This document shows positions 12,618-29,732 of a stretch of DNA of 64,000 nucleotides, piece by piece. The position numbers and the translations under genes are program-made. Origin of the DNA: Batkoa obscura (lineage: Eukaryota); assembly GCA_030770535.1 (NCBI GenBank), contig JASVEC010000026.1:62001-126000 (forward strand). Direction: 5' to 3'. The notes beneath the pieces were generated by a model. It did no database searches and was not told the origin of the DNA. It saw only the letters and a program-made list of their open reading frames with translations. Positions within the stretch are counted from its first letter, which is position 1. The number at the start of each line of letters is the position of its first letter.

Positions 12618-14309
12618 ATGTTCGCTCGACCCATTCGAAAAAAACGAGGTCATGGTAGTAACTTTACTAGTTCTATTGGGGATAACTCTTCTAATAGTGG
12701 AATGTCTGAAATGGACGTTCGAGATCGTCAAGAATTGATTACCACTTCAATCAACCGAGATGTATTAGCACCTTTACAAAATAGTCAACAACGCATCTTA
12801 CGAAGAGCAAGTAGTAACACATCATTAAGACCACCTATCACCTCCTTTACTGCAGATGGATTAGTCACCACTTTATCACCTCAAATACATATCAATTTAG
12901 GTCAACGTCGTTCAATATCAGGTAACTATACCCCACCAAAAAATAATAAATATAAAACAATATCTCAACAACCAAATAAATTTCCACCACCTTCCTTTCC
13001 GCAAAATTTAGCTCATATGAGAAGCAACAAAAGTTCGTTAGCTTCCTACGCACAAAATCAAAATTCAAGTGAAGAATTAAATAAAATATTAAATCGAGTG
13101 CATGCTACCCCCGAATGTTTAGCTACTTCATTACAAGAATTAAGATTACATATATTAAAATTTGGTATACCATTAGAAGATACTTCCATGGAATATCCAC
13201 AATCCAATTCACTTCGATGTCGTACATGGAAAGCTTTATTAGGAGTTTATTCTTTTTCAGCAGGGGAATATTTACATTATATAGCTAAAGGGGCTAGCCC
13301 TATGTTTGATAAAGTTAAAAATGATACTTTTAGAACTTTAGCTACCGATAAAAAGTTTTTAGAAAGAGTTCAAGAGGTCATGTTAGTTCGAGTTTTAAAC
13401 GCTATCGTTTGGAAAGCTCAAGCTGACGCCCCATTAGGCACCATTCCAACGAGATTCGATTATGTTCAAGGAATGAATGTTCTGGTAGCACCATTCTTAT
13501 TTGTTATGCCTGAAGTAGATGCCTTCTTTTCATCAAATGTATTGTTGAAAAATTATTGTCCTACTTATGTTAAGCCAACATTGATTGGGGTGCATTGCGG
13601 CTTAAAGGTAACCGACATTTTCAAGTTTTTAATAGAAATCAAGATAGTAATATTTTTATTAATTTTTAGTTAATGGATAAATGTTTAGAAGTGTTAGATG
13701 CGGAATTATATTTTTATTTAAAAAGTAAAGGTTTAACAGCTGAAATTTATGCATTCGCTTGTAAGTTTTTATTTTATTTTATTATTATGTATTATTAATT
13801 ATTAAACCCTTCTTTTTATTAGCCATATTAACTTTAAGTGCTTGTACACCACCCTTGGATGAATTATTAAAACTATGGGATTTTTTTTTTGCGTTTGGAA
13901 TTCATCTAAATGTAATTTGTACTATATCTCAATTAATGTTAACGCGTAATCAATTATTAATGAGTCCAAGGTAAAATTTAATAAATCTGAATATTAATGA
14001 AGTATATTAACTTTTTTTATTTTTAGTCCAATTAAATTGTTACGTACCTTCCCTGATTTACAAGCTTATCCAGTGATTCAATTAACACGTCATTTAGTGA
14101 AACAATTATCGGCTCCGCTTTATGAAGAATTAGCTACTCATCCGTTTGATGAAGCCGTTTGTGAAAGGTATATTAATGGTCCAAATACTTCCAATTTCTC
14201 TTCTCCATTGCCTAATACTTCGTCATTCATGTCGTCAAGTAGAGACTCTCATCTCTCACCTAATACACCAGGGTCCATGTCATCCCATTCAGTTAGGAGT
14301 CGAAGTTAA
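12618..14309 (+). CDS. BUB2: TBC-domain GAP Bub2/Cdc16 (mitotic exit / septation network), spliced
   Basis: NDTFRTL, YVQGMNVLVAPF, CPTYV..L.GVHCG, AEIYAF, LTLSACTPPL..LLKLWDF and LRTFPDL. Confidence 0.9.
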
Positions 14310-15223
14310 GTTTGATTATTATGGATTATGATTATTAGAAGTGAAGTTTATTTTGTATAGTTTAGTAGAAGATATTACTCATCTTTTGCCATTTTTGACA
14401 GTCTATTTTTTTTTCAATTTTAAAGTTGAAACTTTAAATTTATCTTTTTATTAAATATAATATATTTTTAAATTTTTTATTAATTTTTTAAATTGTTAAT
14501 ACAATTTAATAATAATTTATAGTATGTTTTAATAAGTTTATTTAAATTGAATTATCAGTTCTTTTATCAGATTATTTAAAATTATATTAACTAACTCTAA
14601 CTCTAACCCGTCTTCCTTTTTAATCTCATTAGAGAAAGTTGATTGTAATTTATAGTGGGGTATTAGTATATAGATTAACTAATGAACAAATTATATTTTA
14701 ATATAACTTAAGGAAAAGGATTTTATCTAGGAAAAGAGAAATTTGGGTTATCAAAAATATTATATGAGAGATGATGAGAAATGACTTGTTAATTGAATTA
14801 TTTAATACTTATTGATAACAAATTTAGTCATAAAAATAATTGAATTAATATTATTTATCATACTAATATTTCAATAAACTCCATTCCCTGCTATCTTAAA
14901 TACAATTATATTCTATCCTATTATTCATAAAATTTTCTATTTTTATTATATCATCTAATATTATACAAAATAATAAATTAACTAGCATTTAATTAAAGCT
15001 AGAATCATCACTTACATGCTAGAATAATGAGAACGCTATCCCTAAATAAAGAACAATAATAAACTTTTAAAAGTACATCATTGGTATTTCATTGGTTAAT
15101 TTAGACCAAATGATTTCAATTTTAACCAAATATAGTAATACTTAAGTAAATTTAATGATATAGTAAAAAAAAGCAAACCACAGCTTTTTTTAAATTATAA
15201 TTGATAAGAAAAAATCTAATATA

Positions 15224-17924
<2,701 letters not shown>

Positions 17925-18059
17925 GTGTTGCTTTTTTGTTATGCTTAAATAAAATTGATTTTTTTATATTTTATATTTTATATTTTATATTTTATATTTG
18001 ACATTTATATTTATAAAATAAACGAATATGTTTTTATTCATAATTTAATTTAATTTAAT

Positions 18060-19151
18060 TTAATTCCCAACTTTAGTCACGGTCCCATCTTGATTACCAA
18101 AGTAGGCCACTGTTGCCATATTACAAAATAAACCTACTTCTACAACACCAGTAATATGAATTAATTGATTTAATAATCCCTTTGGATTTGAAATTAATCC
18201 AAAATCTGCATCAATAACTAACATACCATTATCAGTTACTACAGGACCTGCTTTACCTCCACCACTCATACGTAAAGTGGGTTTACCGCCTAACGAAGTG
18301 ATTTTTTTAGTGACTAAGTTTAATGCGTAAGGAATGACTTCAATTGGTACCCCTTGTTTCCACTGAAAGAGAGTTCAAAATAAAATGATTAATAATTATA
18401 AAATACTTACATTTTCACCTAATACTTTAGAATTTTTACGATAATCTAAAATCAACTAAATTAATAAAACTCATTGAAAGTTTGATTTTCTTTTTATAAA
18501 ATAAATGATTTAAAATTAATAATTATCTACTTACCAGCAATTAAGATGAATTTTTTGGAACTACTAGCTACTATTTTTTCTTGTAATTGACAAGCTCCTC
18601 CACCTTTGATGGCATTCAAATTAGAATCAACCTAGTAATTTTGATTTAATATAATTGAATTATTAGATAAAATAGATTTGAAACTAGTTGGTTTTGTAAG
18701 AAGAGAAGGGGATTAAAAGTAAAATAATTACCTCATCAGCCCCATCAATAGCTACTTCAAGTTCATTGATTCTATATAATTAAAAAAAGGTATATTAATT
18801 AATCATTACTTATATAACCCTCACATATTCTCCATAACCCCAATACTTGTCAATTCCATTTGATTGATTTAATTATAATAATTCAAATTTAATAACTTAC
18901 TCTTCCAAACTACCCAATGTAAACCCATTATTCAAAATTAGTTGTTTAGATTGAAAACTAGTAGGTACTAATTTCACATCAGTTAATTTCTCTTTGATTT
19001 CAACTAATCGATCAATCACATAAACTATTGTAGAACCAGAGCCAATTCCTATGGCTAAAGGTTGGTTATTAGATTTATTGTCTAAGAGGGGTAAAACATA
19101 TTCATTAACTGCTTGATAAGCAGCAAGTTTCTTGGAGGTTTCAATACTCAT
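18060..19151 (-). CDS. RKI1: Ribose-5-phosphate isomerase A, spliced
   Basis: [45 protein letters not shown] and GVVEVGLF. Confidence 0.95.
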
Positions 19152-19544
19152 TGTTTGCTGTTTTTTAAAGAGTTGAGAAAAAGGAGTTGATAAAGTGAAT
19201 ATTTTTCTGAAAAATTGATATAAAATAATTTACTAAAAAATTTTTTTACAGTTTTTAGAGATGACATGCTTTTAAATTAAAGGGATTTCAGGCTAAAAAA
19301 AATTGGGATAGAAAAATCAGAAGTTTTCTATAAACTGGATAATTTTCTCGCTTTTATTTGAGCTATTAAGGCTTAATACAAAGTTAAACCAATGTTAAAA
19401 TAGTCCTTCTTTATTTAAGTAATATTCAAAATTTGTAATTTAGTATTAAATGAACTATGTCAATAATAAATATTGGTAATATTATTTGTATTCAAATTAC
19501 TATAGCTTACTTTTTATTATGAATTTCTTGCCATTGTTTTATAT

Positions 19545-19658
19545 GAGGATGTTTTTTTTGGTTTCATTATTTTTGGTTTCATTATTTTTTCTATCTTTTA
19601 AGTGCTATTTGAGTGGAAAAATTGTTAGTAGAATTCTTGAACAAAAAAATACATTCTC
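19545..19658. mobile_element. MITE copy with a short internal tandem duplication
   Basis: ATAT-GAGGATGT...ACATTCTC, with TTTTTGGTTTCATTA duplicated. Confidence 0.8.
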
Positions 19659-20212
19659 GTATTATTTTTGATTTCTGATAGTTGTTTTAAATGCTTATAA
19701 GTAATGGAACAATTCAACTATTACCATTTCATCTTGTTGATTAAAAAGAATACCATTTAAAGTTAATAAAGTTCCAAATTTAATTATTAATTTATACAGA
19801 AAAATAAACTAAAAAGATTCAAACATTAGAAACTCTCTGTTGATAAAAGTAACTTGAATATAAATAGTCAAATAAAAGTAAAAAAGTAGTTAACATGTTT
19901 TATTTAAATATAGTAATCAAAAACAGAGCTATACTTTTATTATATTTAAGAAGCATGGGGATAGATGTGATTAAAAAGGACCAAAAAATGAGTAATTTTT
20001 GGAAAATAGTTTATGTTTAAATATCATCTTTTAGTTAAAATCTATTAAAAAGTAAGAAATTAAAAAGCAAAAGTAAAAATTATTATAAGTTGTCAGTTAT
20101 AATAAAAATAACAGTTAAGTTTAATTAGCTTTAAATGCATTTCTTATATAATTATTTTGACTTTTTTTAAATAACTTGGAACAATAAATTTATTATTTCT
20201 TTTTTTAATATA

Positions 20213-20675
20213 TGTGAAATATTGGTTTATTTAGCTCTCAGATTGATTATAACACAACAATCACTTAAGTTGTTGTATTTTCAAGTTCAAACACAATCAA
20301 TTCAGAGTCCCTTATTTTGATTTGCTGCGAGAATTTCTAACTTCATATTGCAAACAATATTATCTCCTTTTAATATCCATACTTATTGGAGTATAAAAGA
20401 GATTCTTCAATATGATAACTCAATGCTTTTTTAATTGGATTACTCCCTGATAACGTATCATTAATAAAGCCACTAAGTCTTTCAGACAACATATTACATA
20501 GATTTTACAGTACTATCTTCCATTATATTTGCTTTACATAGTTTGTAGCTTATTACGTATTATTTATATTAAGTTAAGTCTATGTTAGTTACATAAAGTA
20601 AGACCCTTCGACTCAAGGCAAGTTAATTAAGCAAGAGTAGCTTTTAACTCCGACCCTTGAGTATCAACTTTCACA
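20213..20675. mobile_element. Solo LTR (463 bp)
   Basis: TGTGAAA...TTTCACA termini, TSD TATA. Confidence 0.9.
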
Positions 20676-21168
20676 TATAGATATAAATACTAAATAAGAT
20701 AAATGACAAACCTAATACACTATTAATAATGCTATTAGTTGTTTTATTTTTACTATTATTATTATTATATATATTTTAAAAAGGTACAACATTGATCAAC
20801 TTTTTAGTTTCTAATAAAATAATAAATATAAAATAATTATTATCTTTATAAAATATAAATAAAAGCAATAAATTATTTTTATAATATATAATACATTTAA
20901 TATTTATGGTTATATTAAAAAATAATGCTAGATAATCTTGATTTATTTTTTTAAAATCAAACATATACATAAAGATATTTAAATTAACTTTATTTTATAT
21001 CCAATTTTTCAGAATTTAATATTTTAAAAATTTTGCTTAAAATTCTAAAAATAATTTTTTTATTAAAACCAAAAGTATCCAACACAGTTTTAAATTATTT
21101 TATTATAATTTATATTATAAGCTACCAGAACTTCTACTAAGTTTAACACAAATTCTCGGATTAGTAAG

Positions 21169-21628
21169 TGTGAAAGTTGGTGCTCAGTAGTTGGAGTTAA
21201 AAGCAGCTCTTGGTTGATTAACTTGCCTTGAGTCGAACGGTCTTAGCTTATGTAACTAACATAGACTTAAATTAGTAAGAATAATACTTAATAAGCTATG
21301 AACTATGTAAAACAAATAGAATAGACAATAATACTGTAAAATCTATGTAATATGTTGTCTGAAAGACTTAGTGGCTTTATTAATGGTACGATATCAGGGA
21401 GTAATTCAATTAAAAAGCCTCGAGTTATCATGTTGAAGGAATCTCTTTTATATTCTTTGCAATGTGATGTTAGAAATTCTCGCAGAAAATCAAAATAAGG
21501 GACTCTGAGTTGACTATACCATATGGATCACGGTCAAATTCATTACAAGACTACAACTAGTTTTGTAATCAAGTAAAATAATTATTATCTTATAATTAAT
21601 CCGAGAGCTGATAAACCAATATTTGATA
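21169..21628. mobile_element. Solo LTR in the opposite orientation to 20213-20675, with a degenerate end
   Basis: Starts TGTGAAAGTTGG and is homologous throughout. It is flanked on both sides by Sola2-like fragments (21000-21167 matches the inverted 3' end of the Sola element). Confidence 0.8.
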
Positions 21629-21639
21629 TTAGTATACAG

Positions 21640-23166
21640 CTAAAAAAAAGTTATTTGAAAATAAAAAAAATATGGCAATAAAAAATAAAGCAGGGATAGA
21701 AAAAAAAATTAATAGAGAAAAAAAGTTATATAAATTATATAAATTATATAAATTTTATACTAATATTTAAAAAACATATCTAATAAAACTATTAAGAAAT
21801 TAAATAATAAAAGTTATGTAGTGATTTTAGACTTTAAATAAAGCATGAAAATAGGAATAAGACCAGATTTAATAAATTTAGGTTATTATAATAAGCAAGT
21901 TATATCAATATCAAGGTTTAATGTTATATATTTAAAAAATAATAAAATATTTTGATTATTTATCTGAAATATCAAATCATGATTCAGCATAGCATATGCA
22001 GAAAATTGTTTATTTGATTTAATATCTAAAGAGCTTTTATTTAAAAGTTTACAAAAATTAATATATGAGCAGATACAGGAAATCATTTAGATCTCAAGAG
22101 TTTATATTATATATTTAAAAAAAATTATAAAATAAATAATAGTTTAAATATCAATCTTAATTTTTTTACTAAACATCATAAAAAAAGTATAATTGATGGA
22201 TATTTTGAGAATCTTTAATAATAATAAAATAGTTTTAAAGCATTAGGTAAAATAAAGATATTAATCAATTAATTTCAAAATTTGAGATTTTTATTTATAA
22301 ACATAATAGAATTAACAACTCAACTGTTAATGGGAAAACAGATGGGGATGTATTTTTATGTTTAAGGATTTTGCTAACAATTTTTCCGCTCAAATAGCAC
22401 TTAAAAGATGGAAAAAGTGACGAAGCTAAAAAATCACCCCTAGATATAATTTTTAAAAAGTATCAAAGAAACAAAAATATAAAAAAAAATAATAGAAATA
22501 CAAAATACTAAAAAGTACTTATATTTCACTAAATATATCAATAAATTATATTATTACCTAATGTTTGACAGTTAAAAAATCAACTCCAGCTTATCTTATA
22601 AAATAACTGAAAACTTAAAAGTTTCAATATTTACTAAGCAAGTAAATAATTTATTAAATAATACAAATTAACTATTAAATATTAATATTACTTAAGTTAT
22701 TAATAGCTAAGTTAATAAATAGTTAAAGAGCAAATAGTTGTAATAGTAAATAAAAGTTATTATTATATTGCTTGTATTATATAAGGATGGTTAATTATAG
22801 CTTTAAAGCTAATCACTCCATCTTATGTAGCTATTTATTGACTTAGTAATATAATAATAATGTAACTATAATGTTAATATTATTTATTTATTTGATAGTA
22901 AATCTGCAATGTTGACTCTAAAGCGGTCAATAGCAAATATTTCTCAATGAGGTTTTATAAGAATATATATTTATTTATATATTACAACTTCGATTAATAT
23001 TAATATATAGGCTATATTAGTAAAAGTCTTGCTAATCTGGGAATTTCTATTAAACTTAGTAGAAATTCTGCTAACTTATAATATAAATTATAATAAAATA
23101 ATTTAAAACTGTATCAGGTACTTTTTTTGCTTTTTGATAAAAAATGAAACCAATTCGAATACCCTC
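21640..23166 (+). mobile_element. Decayed 3' half of the Sola2-like transposon (transposase pseudogene plus right TIR)
   Basis: Colinear with ~52280-53832 with many stops and deletions. Ends TGAAACCAATTCGAATACCCTC followed by ATAT. Confidence 0.85.
22344..22441. mobile_element. MITE inserted into the decayed transposase
   Basis: 4-bp TSD AGAT. The corresponding empty site is visible in the less decayed copy at ~52985-53000. Confidence 0.9.
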
Positions 23167-23525
23167 ATATATCTGGGTTAGTTTAAAAGCTTGGTTCAAA
23201 TTTTGTCCAATTTGATTTTTCGCAAAAATCGCAAATTAAGTACTAAGTGCCACTAAAATAATTGCCCTTCTCGATTTTGAAATAATTCATGCTAGAACAT
23301 TCTTTGTCCGGTTTTAATATTTTTTTAATATTTTACGCTACATAGGAAATGGTCAAAAAAATGAAATTGGAATTTTTTAAATATCAACTTGGCTTTTAAA
23401 CTTACCCATTTAGAAAAATCAATTCAAATAGAACAGGTATAAAAGTAATAAACTATTATCAATATGAATAGTACTCATAGTTAAAAGTCTCAAAAGTTTC
23501 AAAAGTCTTTTTTTAAATTTACAAA

Positions 23526-24725
23526 ATGGATGCAAAAGATTATTTGAAATATATAAGATACAATATTTTCCCTGAAATATCAAAGGTTTCGTTATCGTTA
23601 GCAATTGTGGTTGTATTAACTATGATAGCTTTTAGTAATAAGCTATTGACATTGTATATAAGTTATTAACTTTATTCTATAGCTATCTATGATCGTAAGT
23701 TAGTGAACAGAGTGACTCTTAGATTACAAACCGTTATTGCATGCTACGATATTTGGTCACATTCTTTTCCATTATGGGCTAGAGAAAACAGCAAAGAAGG
23801 GAATCCTTTATGTACAACTATTGCATATCAAACATTTGCATTCCCTTTATTTTATGCTTTTCTTAACGTTGCTATTGGGATCAACTTACAGTTGGTATTT
23901 ATTCATGGTATTTTTATAACAAGAAAAATTGAAGCTGCATATTATATTGGATCTATTTTACTTACTCTCTTAATTACTATCCCACCACTTGGTATATCAT
24001 CTTCGTGATTTTTAAGCTAGCATTAATCTGTATTTATTTAGCACTTGGATTACTTGGCTATAGTGAATTTAATGGATGTTATCTAGCGTCGAATGATGAG
24101 TATTTCTCTAAAATGTTTGATTTCTTTGCTAACGTTCTAGTGAATCTCATTTGTATGGCTTATTTATTGATCATTGTAATTCTTGTTTTAATAAAACTAT
24201 TCCGAGGACATAAAATAACAAAAGGAAATCAAGTAGGAACTGATGCTAACAGACCATCTGAGACACTTAAGAACATTCGATTACTCGCCTCAAGAACGTA
24301 ACCTTAATTACTATTTCTAGAGTATAACTAATTTCTTTTAGTTTGTTGTATCCAATAGTAATGATTATAGCTAATATTGGAGTAGTTATAAGCCAAACAG
24401 CTTATGACCTTTCAAACATTGATTCTCCAGAATTGTCGGTTTTAGCTTATATCACAGGGGGTTTATTGGGTACTCTTAATTTCGTTGCTTTCTTTTGTGA
24501 CCCAACTATTCATCAGGCACTTACAAGTGTATATTTTAGAGTTATAAAGAAACAAAGTGAAGCAGATAGAATAAGTATAGCTATTTAAGTGAAAATTATA
24601 ATGTTAAGTAAGTGTTATTAGATCATAATAGCGATGTGTTCGATTTAAATGATATGAGAAATAATAGCCCCAAATATGGCTCTAAAGTTATTGATGATAA
24701 AATAGAAGGCCAAATGCCTATTTAA
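23526..24725 (+). CDS. 7TM receptor-like membrane protein, family A copy 1 (5 exons)
   Basis: ATG 23526, GT-AG introns, DRKLVNRVTLRLQ motif, several TM helices and LNFVAFFCDP. The stop lies 9 codons earlier than in the paralogs (old stop at 24750-24752). Confidence 0.75.
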
Positions 24726-26897
24726 TATTTCAGGTTTATTGAAAGTTTATAACATGTGGATAATGTAACTAATAATTAAAGCTATATGCTTGAAGTTTTA
24801 AGTTAATTTTTAGCTGCATTCTAATCTATGCACTATTCAATAAAAATTATAGAGCTCAATGGATTGGATGGCTCAATGGAAAACGACATATATCTCTTAC
24901 TTTAATCATTTTTTGAATATTTTTTTACAATTTTTTTAAACAGGTTAACCCAAAAGGAAAAGCAGTGGGGTTTATTTGGAAAAAAGAACTAATAATTGAT
25001 ATTTAAGGAGGAGTGCAGTCTATAGATTCTAACAGGGAATTCTTAGAGAACTGGAACAGCGAACTTCTTTTGAAGATCTGTTAGTAATGATCAGAGCGTG
25101 TTCACTTTTTCTTATAATCAAGGCTATACTTTTTTTTATAATTTTTTATTTTATTTAAAATTTAAAGTTTTCAAAACTTTAACTTAAAACCGAGTTCCTA
25201 AAACATTCCAATTTTTGAAAATTAATTCAGTTTTTGACTGACTTTATGCTTAACAATTAAAAATACTGTATTTAGTTTATTTGTATCCCTTAATTAAATT
25301 TTCAAAATAGTTGGTTTATGTAATTAAGTTGTCAAAGTTCTTTATTGGTTTTAAAGTTTTTAAAAGTAGACTTTGAGTTACTTAAAACATCAAATATATA
25401 AGTATTATATAGTCTACTCGTTAACTCTTTGTAGCAGTGATATATAATACCTGCTATTAAATTTACTATTTTGAATATTTACTTAACTCTATCTTTAGCG
25501 AGTATATTGCATCTGGCCTATAAATGCAGTATTAAATAATATGCCAATGATTGAGTTTGATGTATTGTATCTACATCAGTTCTTATTTGACAGTTTTGTT
25601 GCAGTGGTATCATGCTGAAGTATATTTTATAAAGTATCACTTTATCAGGAACATACTTTTTAATTAATGTATAAAGCTCTATCTTAAATTAATGTGGCTC
25701 ATTTTTGTATTATAAAAGTAAATAAGCCGATTATTTAATGATTTATTCATGAAAATATTCTTCATTACAGAAAATGATACAAATAATCCGTAAAACAGAA
25801 TCCAAGGAACATTAATGTGGTGCCATGGCGCAAAAAAGTCAAAAAATAAATATTGTTCTGGAGCGCAATTTCCTGAAACTGACATTACATTATATAAATA
25901 GTCAACATATAATATCATCGACATGGTAAGCAACTTCTAAGTTTGAAAAAGATAAAAAATAGCGAGAAGTTGACATTTAAAGTTAAATGCATGACATTTC
26001 TAGCGTTTATAAAAATAAAAGTCCTTAGTTAGCCCTATAAAATATTCTTAAATTAAGAACCTATATGTAGATGCCTTTTAACTTCGATGTTTAACTAATA
26101 GTTTTTCAATTTCATATTGTATATGTAGTGGTCAAAGGAATCAAACGTAAAGGCATTCCAGTCTTTTGATTTTAAAATCTCAAGACAAGTATTCAGCCTT
26201 TAAAAATATAAGATAATTGCCAGCTGTTACTTGATGTACTTTAATGCAATGATGAGAGATAAAGATCGAATTATCTTCCAATACAGGTTTAAACAAGAAA
26301 CCTGTTTTTAAGTTCTTAAAATGTTTTTATATTTATATGTTTCACTTACTGATTTAAAAAAAATAACATGACAATAGCTGTTATGCCTATTTATACTTAA
26401 TAAGCTTTTATTATCTCTAGGATATTTGAAAACCATTGTATAGATTATACTTGGTTTGCTTTTTACTCTTGTGTATCTATTTGAATGTTAAGAGACATAT
26501 ACCTTTTGCTGTTGGTATATCATAAAATTTGGTATCGTATTTATACCTTACAGAAATATGAATAACTTATATTAACTAAAATGTACATTTACACAATTTA
26601 AAAGTATTTACAGCCTTTTTTATCTATTCTGTCATACGGAAATGCAATAATCAGTCAAATCTTGTACCAACTCGAATTTTCATGTTAGCAATACGTATTA
26701 AAATTATCTCAGTATTAAGGAATATGATATTCTTAATTGTGGCTCATGCCTCTCAACATTATTGAAAATATTACTAGAATGTATTTTAACTTTAGAAAAG
26801 TTTAATGCTTATAAAACAAGTATAATAATGAGCCATAACCAATATAAATAGTCTCATAGTTTAGGTTATGGGAATTGTGAGTTATCTAATTAATGAA

Positions 26898-28124
26898 ATG
26901 AACGCAACTAAATATAGAGATTATATAAGAGTCGAAGTTTTTCCAAAGATATCATTGGTTTCGCTAGCTTTAGCGATTGTAGTTGTATTAACTATGATAG
27001 CTTTTAGTAATAAGCTATTGACATTGTATATAAGTTATTAACTTTATTCTATAGCTATCTATGATCGTAAGTTAGTGAACAGAGTGACTCTTAGATTACA
27101 AACCGTTATTGCATGCTACGATATTTGGTCACATTCTTTTCCATTATGGGCTAGAGAAAACAGCAAAGAAGGGAATCCTTTATGTACAGCTATTGCGTAC
27201 CAAGTGTTTGCATTCCCTTTATTTTATGCTTTTCTTAACGTTGCTATTGGGATCAACTTACAGTTGGTATTTATTCATGGTGTCGATATAACTAGAAAAA
27301 TAGAAGCAGGATATTATATTGGGTCTATTTTACTTACTCTCTTGATTACCATCCCACCACTTGGTATGATATTGTTATAGTTGTGAAATTAATTTTAATT
27401 GACATTATTTAGCACTTGGATTACTTGGCTATAGTGAATTTAATCAATGTTATCTTACATCAAATGACGAATATTTCTCAAAGATGTTTGATTTCTATGC
27501 TGTCAATTTAGTGACTATTATTTGTATGGTTTATTTGTTAAGTATTGTAATTTTAGTTTTAGTAAAACTATTTCGAGGACACAATTTAATAAAAGAAAAC
27601 CAAGTAGCCATTGATGTTAGCAGATCATCTGAGATGCTTGAAAATATTCGATTACTTGCCTCGAGAATGTAATGCTGATTTTTGTTCCTGTGTATATAAA
27701 CTAATCTTTTTAGTCTATTATATCCAATAGTAATGATTGTTTCTAATATTGGACTAATCATAGCTCAAACTGCTTATGATCTTGCAAACAATGAAGCTCC
27801 AGAGTTAACAGTTTTCTCTTATATTACACGTAGTGTATTGGGTACTCTTAATTTCATTGCTTTTTTTTGTGATCCAACAATCCATCAAGCACTTAGAACC
27901 ATATACTCCAGAGTTGTAAAGAAACAAAATGACTCAGATAAAATAGGTAAAGTTATTTTATAGTACATTTGAATGTGCTTAATATTTCATTAGATTTTAA
28001 TGGCGATGTGTTTGATTTAAATGATATGGAAACTGGTGACTTTAAGGATACTTCTAGCGCTATTAATGATGAAATAGAGGGACGAAAGCCTATTCACTAT
28101 TCTAAATTTATCAAAAATTTATAA
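26898..28124 (+). CDS. 7TM receptor-like membrane protein, family A copy 2 (5 exons, intact)
   Basis: Same exon structure as, and high identity to, 23526-24725. Confidence 0.8.
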
Positions 28125-28729
28125 TATATTACCATTAAAAATTTTCTATGGTGGTAGTAGGATATTCAAGGTTATTTTCTAACTTCAATGGGTTTTTTTT
28201 AGATCTATTACATTTTTGAAACTATTTAAAAAACCAATTTAAGTTATTATGAAAGGGAGGGCAAAAAATGTATGTAATTCTTTAAAATTTAAATAAGCGA
28301 TAAAAAAAATAAAATACTAGTTTTTTATATATAGTAAAAGCTTTTGTTTTTTATTTTGGCAAATAATAACTATTGTTTTTTAAATATTAATACTTTATAT
28401 TTTCAAGCTATAATAATTTTTTTTATCATAAACTTAATAATCTTTTAAATATTTAAAAGTTAACAGATTTTTTTTCAAATTTTTATACAAAACAGCTTTA
28501 TTTTTTTATAAATATTTTTATATACAGTATTTTCTAAAATTGTTTACTGTAGAAAAGAATCTTAATAAATTAATTAAGTTGAAAGTCAATTTTAACCAGT
28601 TTTTTAGTTTGTTTTTGTTTATTATAAAAAAACTGATAAATTGTTTTAAAGTTTTGTATATAATTATATATGTATCAAATTTATGTAAAAAAAAAGTTGT
28701 TTTATAAAATACAAAAATATTTAGATAAT

Positions 28730-29659
28730 TGTGAAAGTTGATACTTAGTGGTCGAAGTTAAAAGCTACTCTTGCTTAATTAACTTGCCTTGAGTCGAAGG
28801 GTCTTAGTTTATGTAACTAAGATAGACTTAACTTAATAGAAATAGTATGTAGTAAGCTATGAATTATGTAAAACAAATACAATGGAAGATACTACTATAA
28901 AATCTATATCAGATGTTGTCAGAAAGACTTAGTGACTTTATTAACGATACATTATCAGGGAGTAATCCAATTAAAAAGCCTCGAGTTATCATATTGAAGA
29001 ATCTCTTTTATACTCCAATAAGTATGGATATCAAAACGAGAGGATTATATTCTTTGTAATATGAAGTTAGAAATTATCGCAGCTGTGAAATATTGCTTTA
29101 TTTAGCTCTCGGATTAATTATAACACAACAATCACTTAAGTTGTTGTGTTCTCAAGTTCAAACACAATCAAACCAGAGTCCCTTATTTTGATTTGCTGCG
29201 AGAATTTCTAACTTCATATTGCAAACAATATTATCTCCTTTTAATATCCATCCTTATTGGAGTATAAAAGAGATTCTTCAATATGATAACTCGAGGCTTT
29301 TTAACTGAATTACTCCCTGATATCGTACTATTAATAAAGCCACTAAGTCTTTCTGACAACATTTTAGGTAGATTTTACAGTATTATTGTCTATTCTATTT
29401 GTTTTACATAGTTCGTAACTTATTACGTATTATTCCTATTCATTTAAGTCTATGTTAGTTACATAAAGTAAGACCCTTCGACTCAAGGCAAGTTAATCAA
29501 GCAAGAACTGTTTTTAACTTCTACCACTGAGTACTAACTTTCACACAGCAAATCAAAATAAGGGACTCTGGTTTGATTGTATTTGAACTTGAGAACACAA
29601 CAACTTAAGTGATTGTTGTGTTGTAATCAAATCGAGAGCTAATAAAGCAATATTTCACA
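28730..29659. mobile_element. Solo LTR containing a second, inverted solo LTR (29084-29545)
   Basis: Both have TGTGAAA/TTTCACA termini. The inner copy is flanked by TSD CAGC and the outer sequence resumes colinearly after it. Confidence 0.9.
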
Positions 29660-29732
29660 AGCATTAAAAAACTTGGCATAAAAAATAGATTAAAAGTTTT
29701 TATTAATTATTTGATTAAAAAATAAAATATAC

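Noticed and set aside
14590..14610. Telomere-like CTAACT/CTAACC repeats
   Set aside because: Only three imperfect units at an internal position.
25400..26600. Possible decayed gene on the minus strand between the 7TM paralogs
   Set aside because: Somewhat coding-like composition, but many stops and no motif I can recognise.
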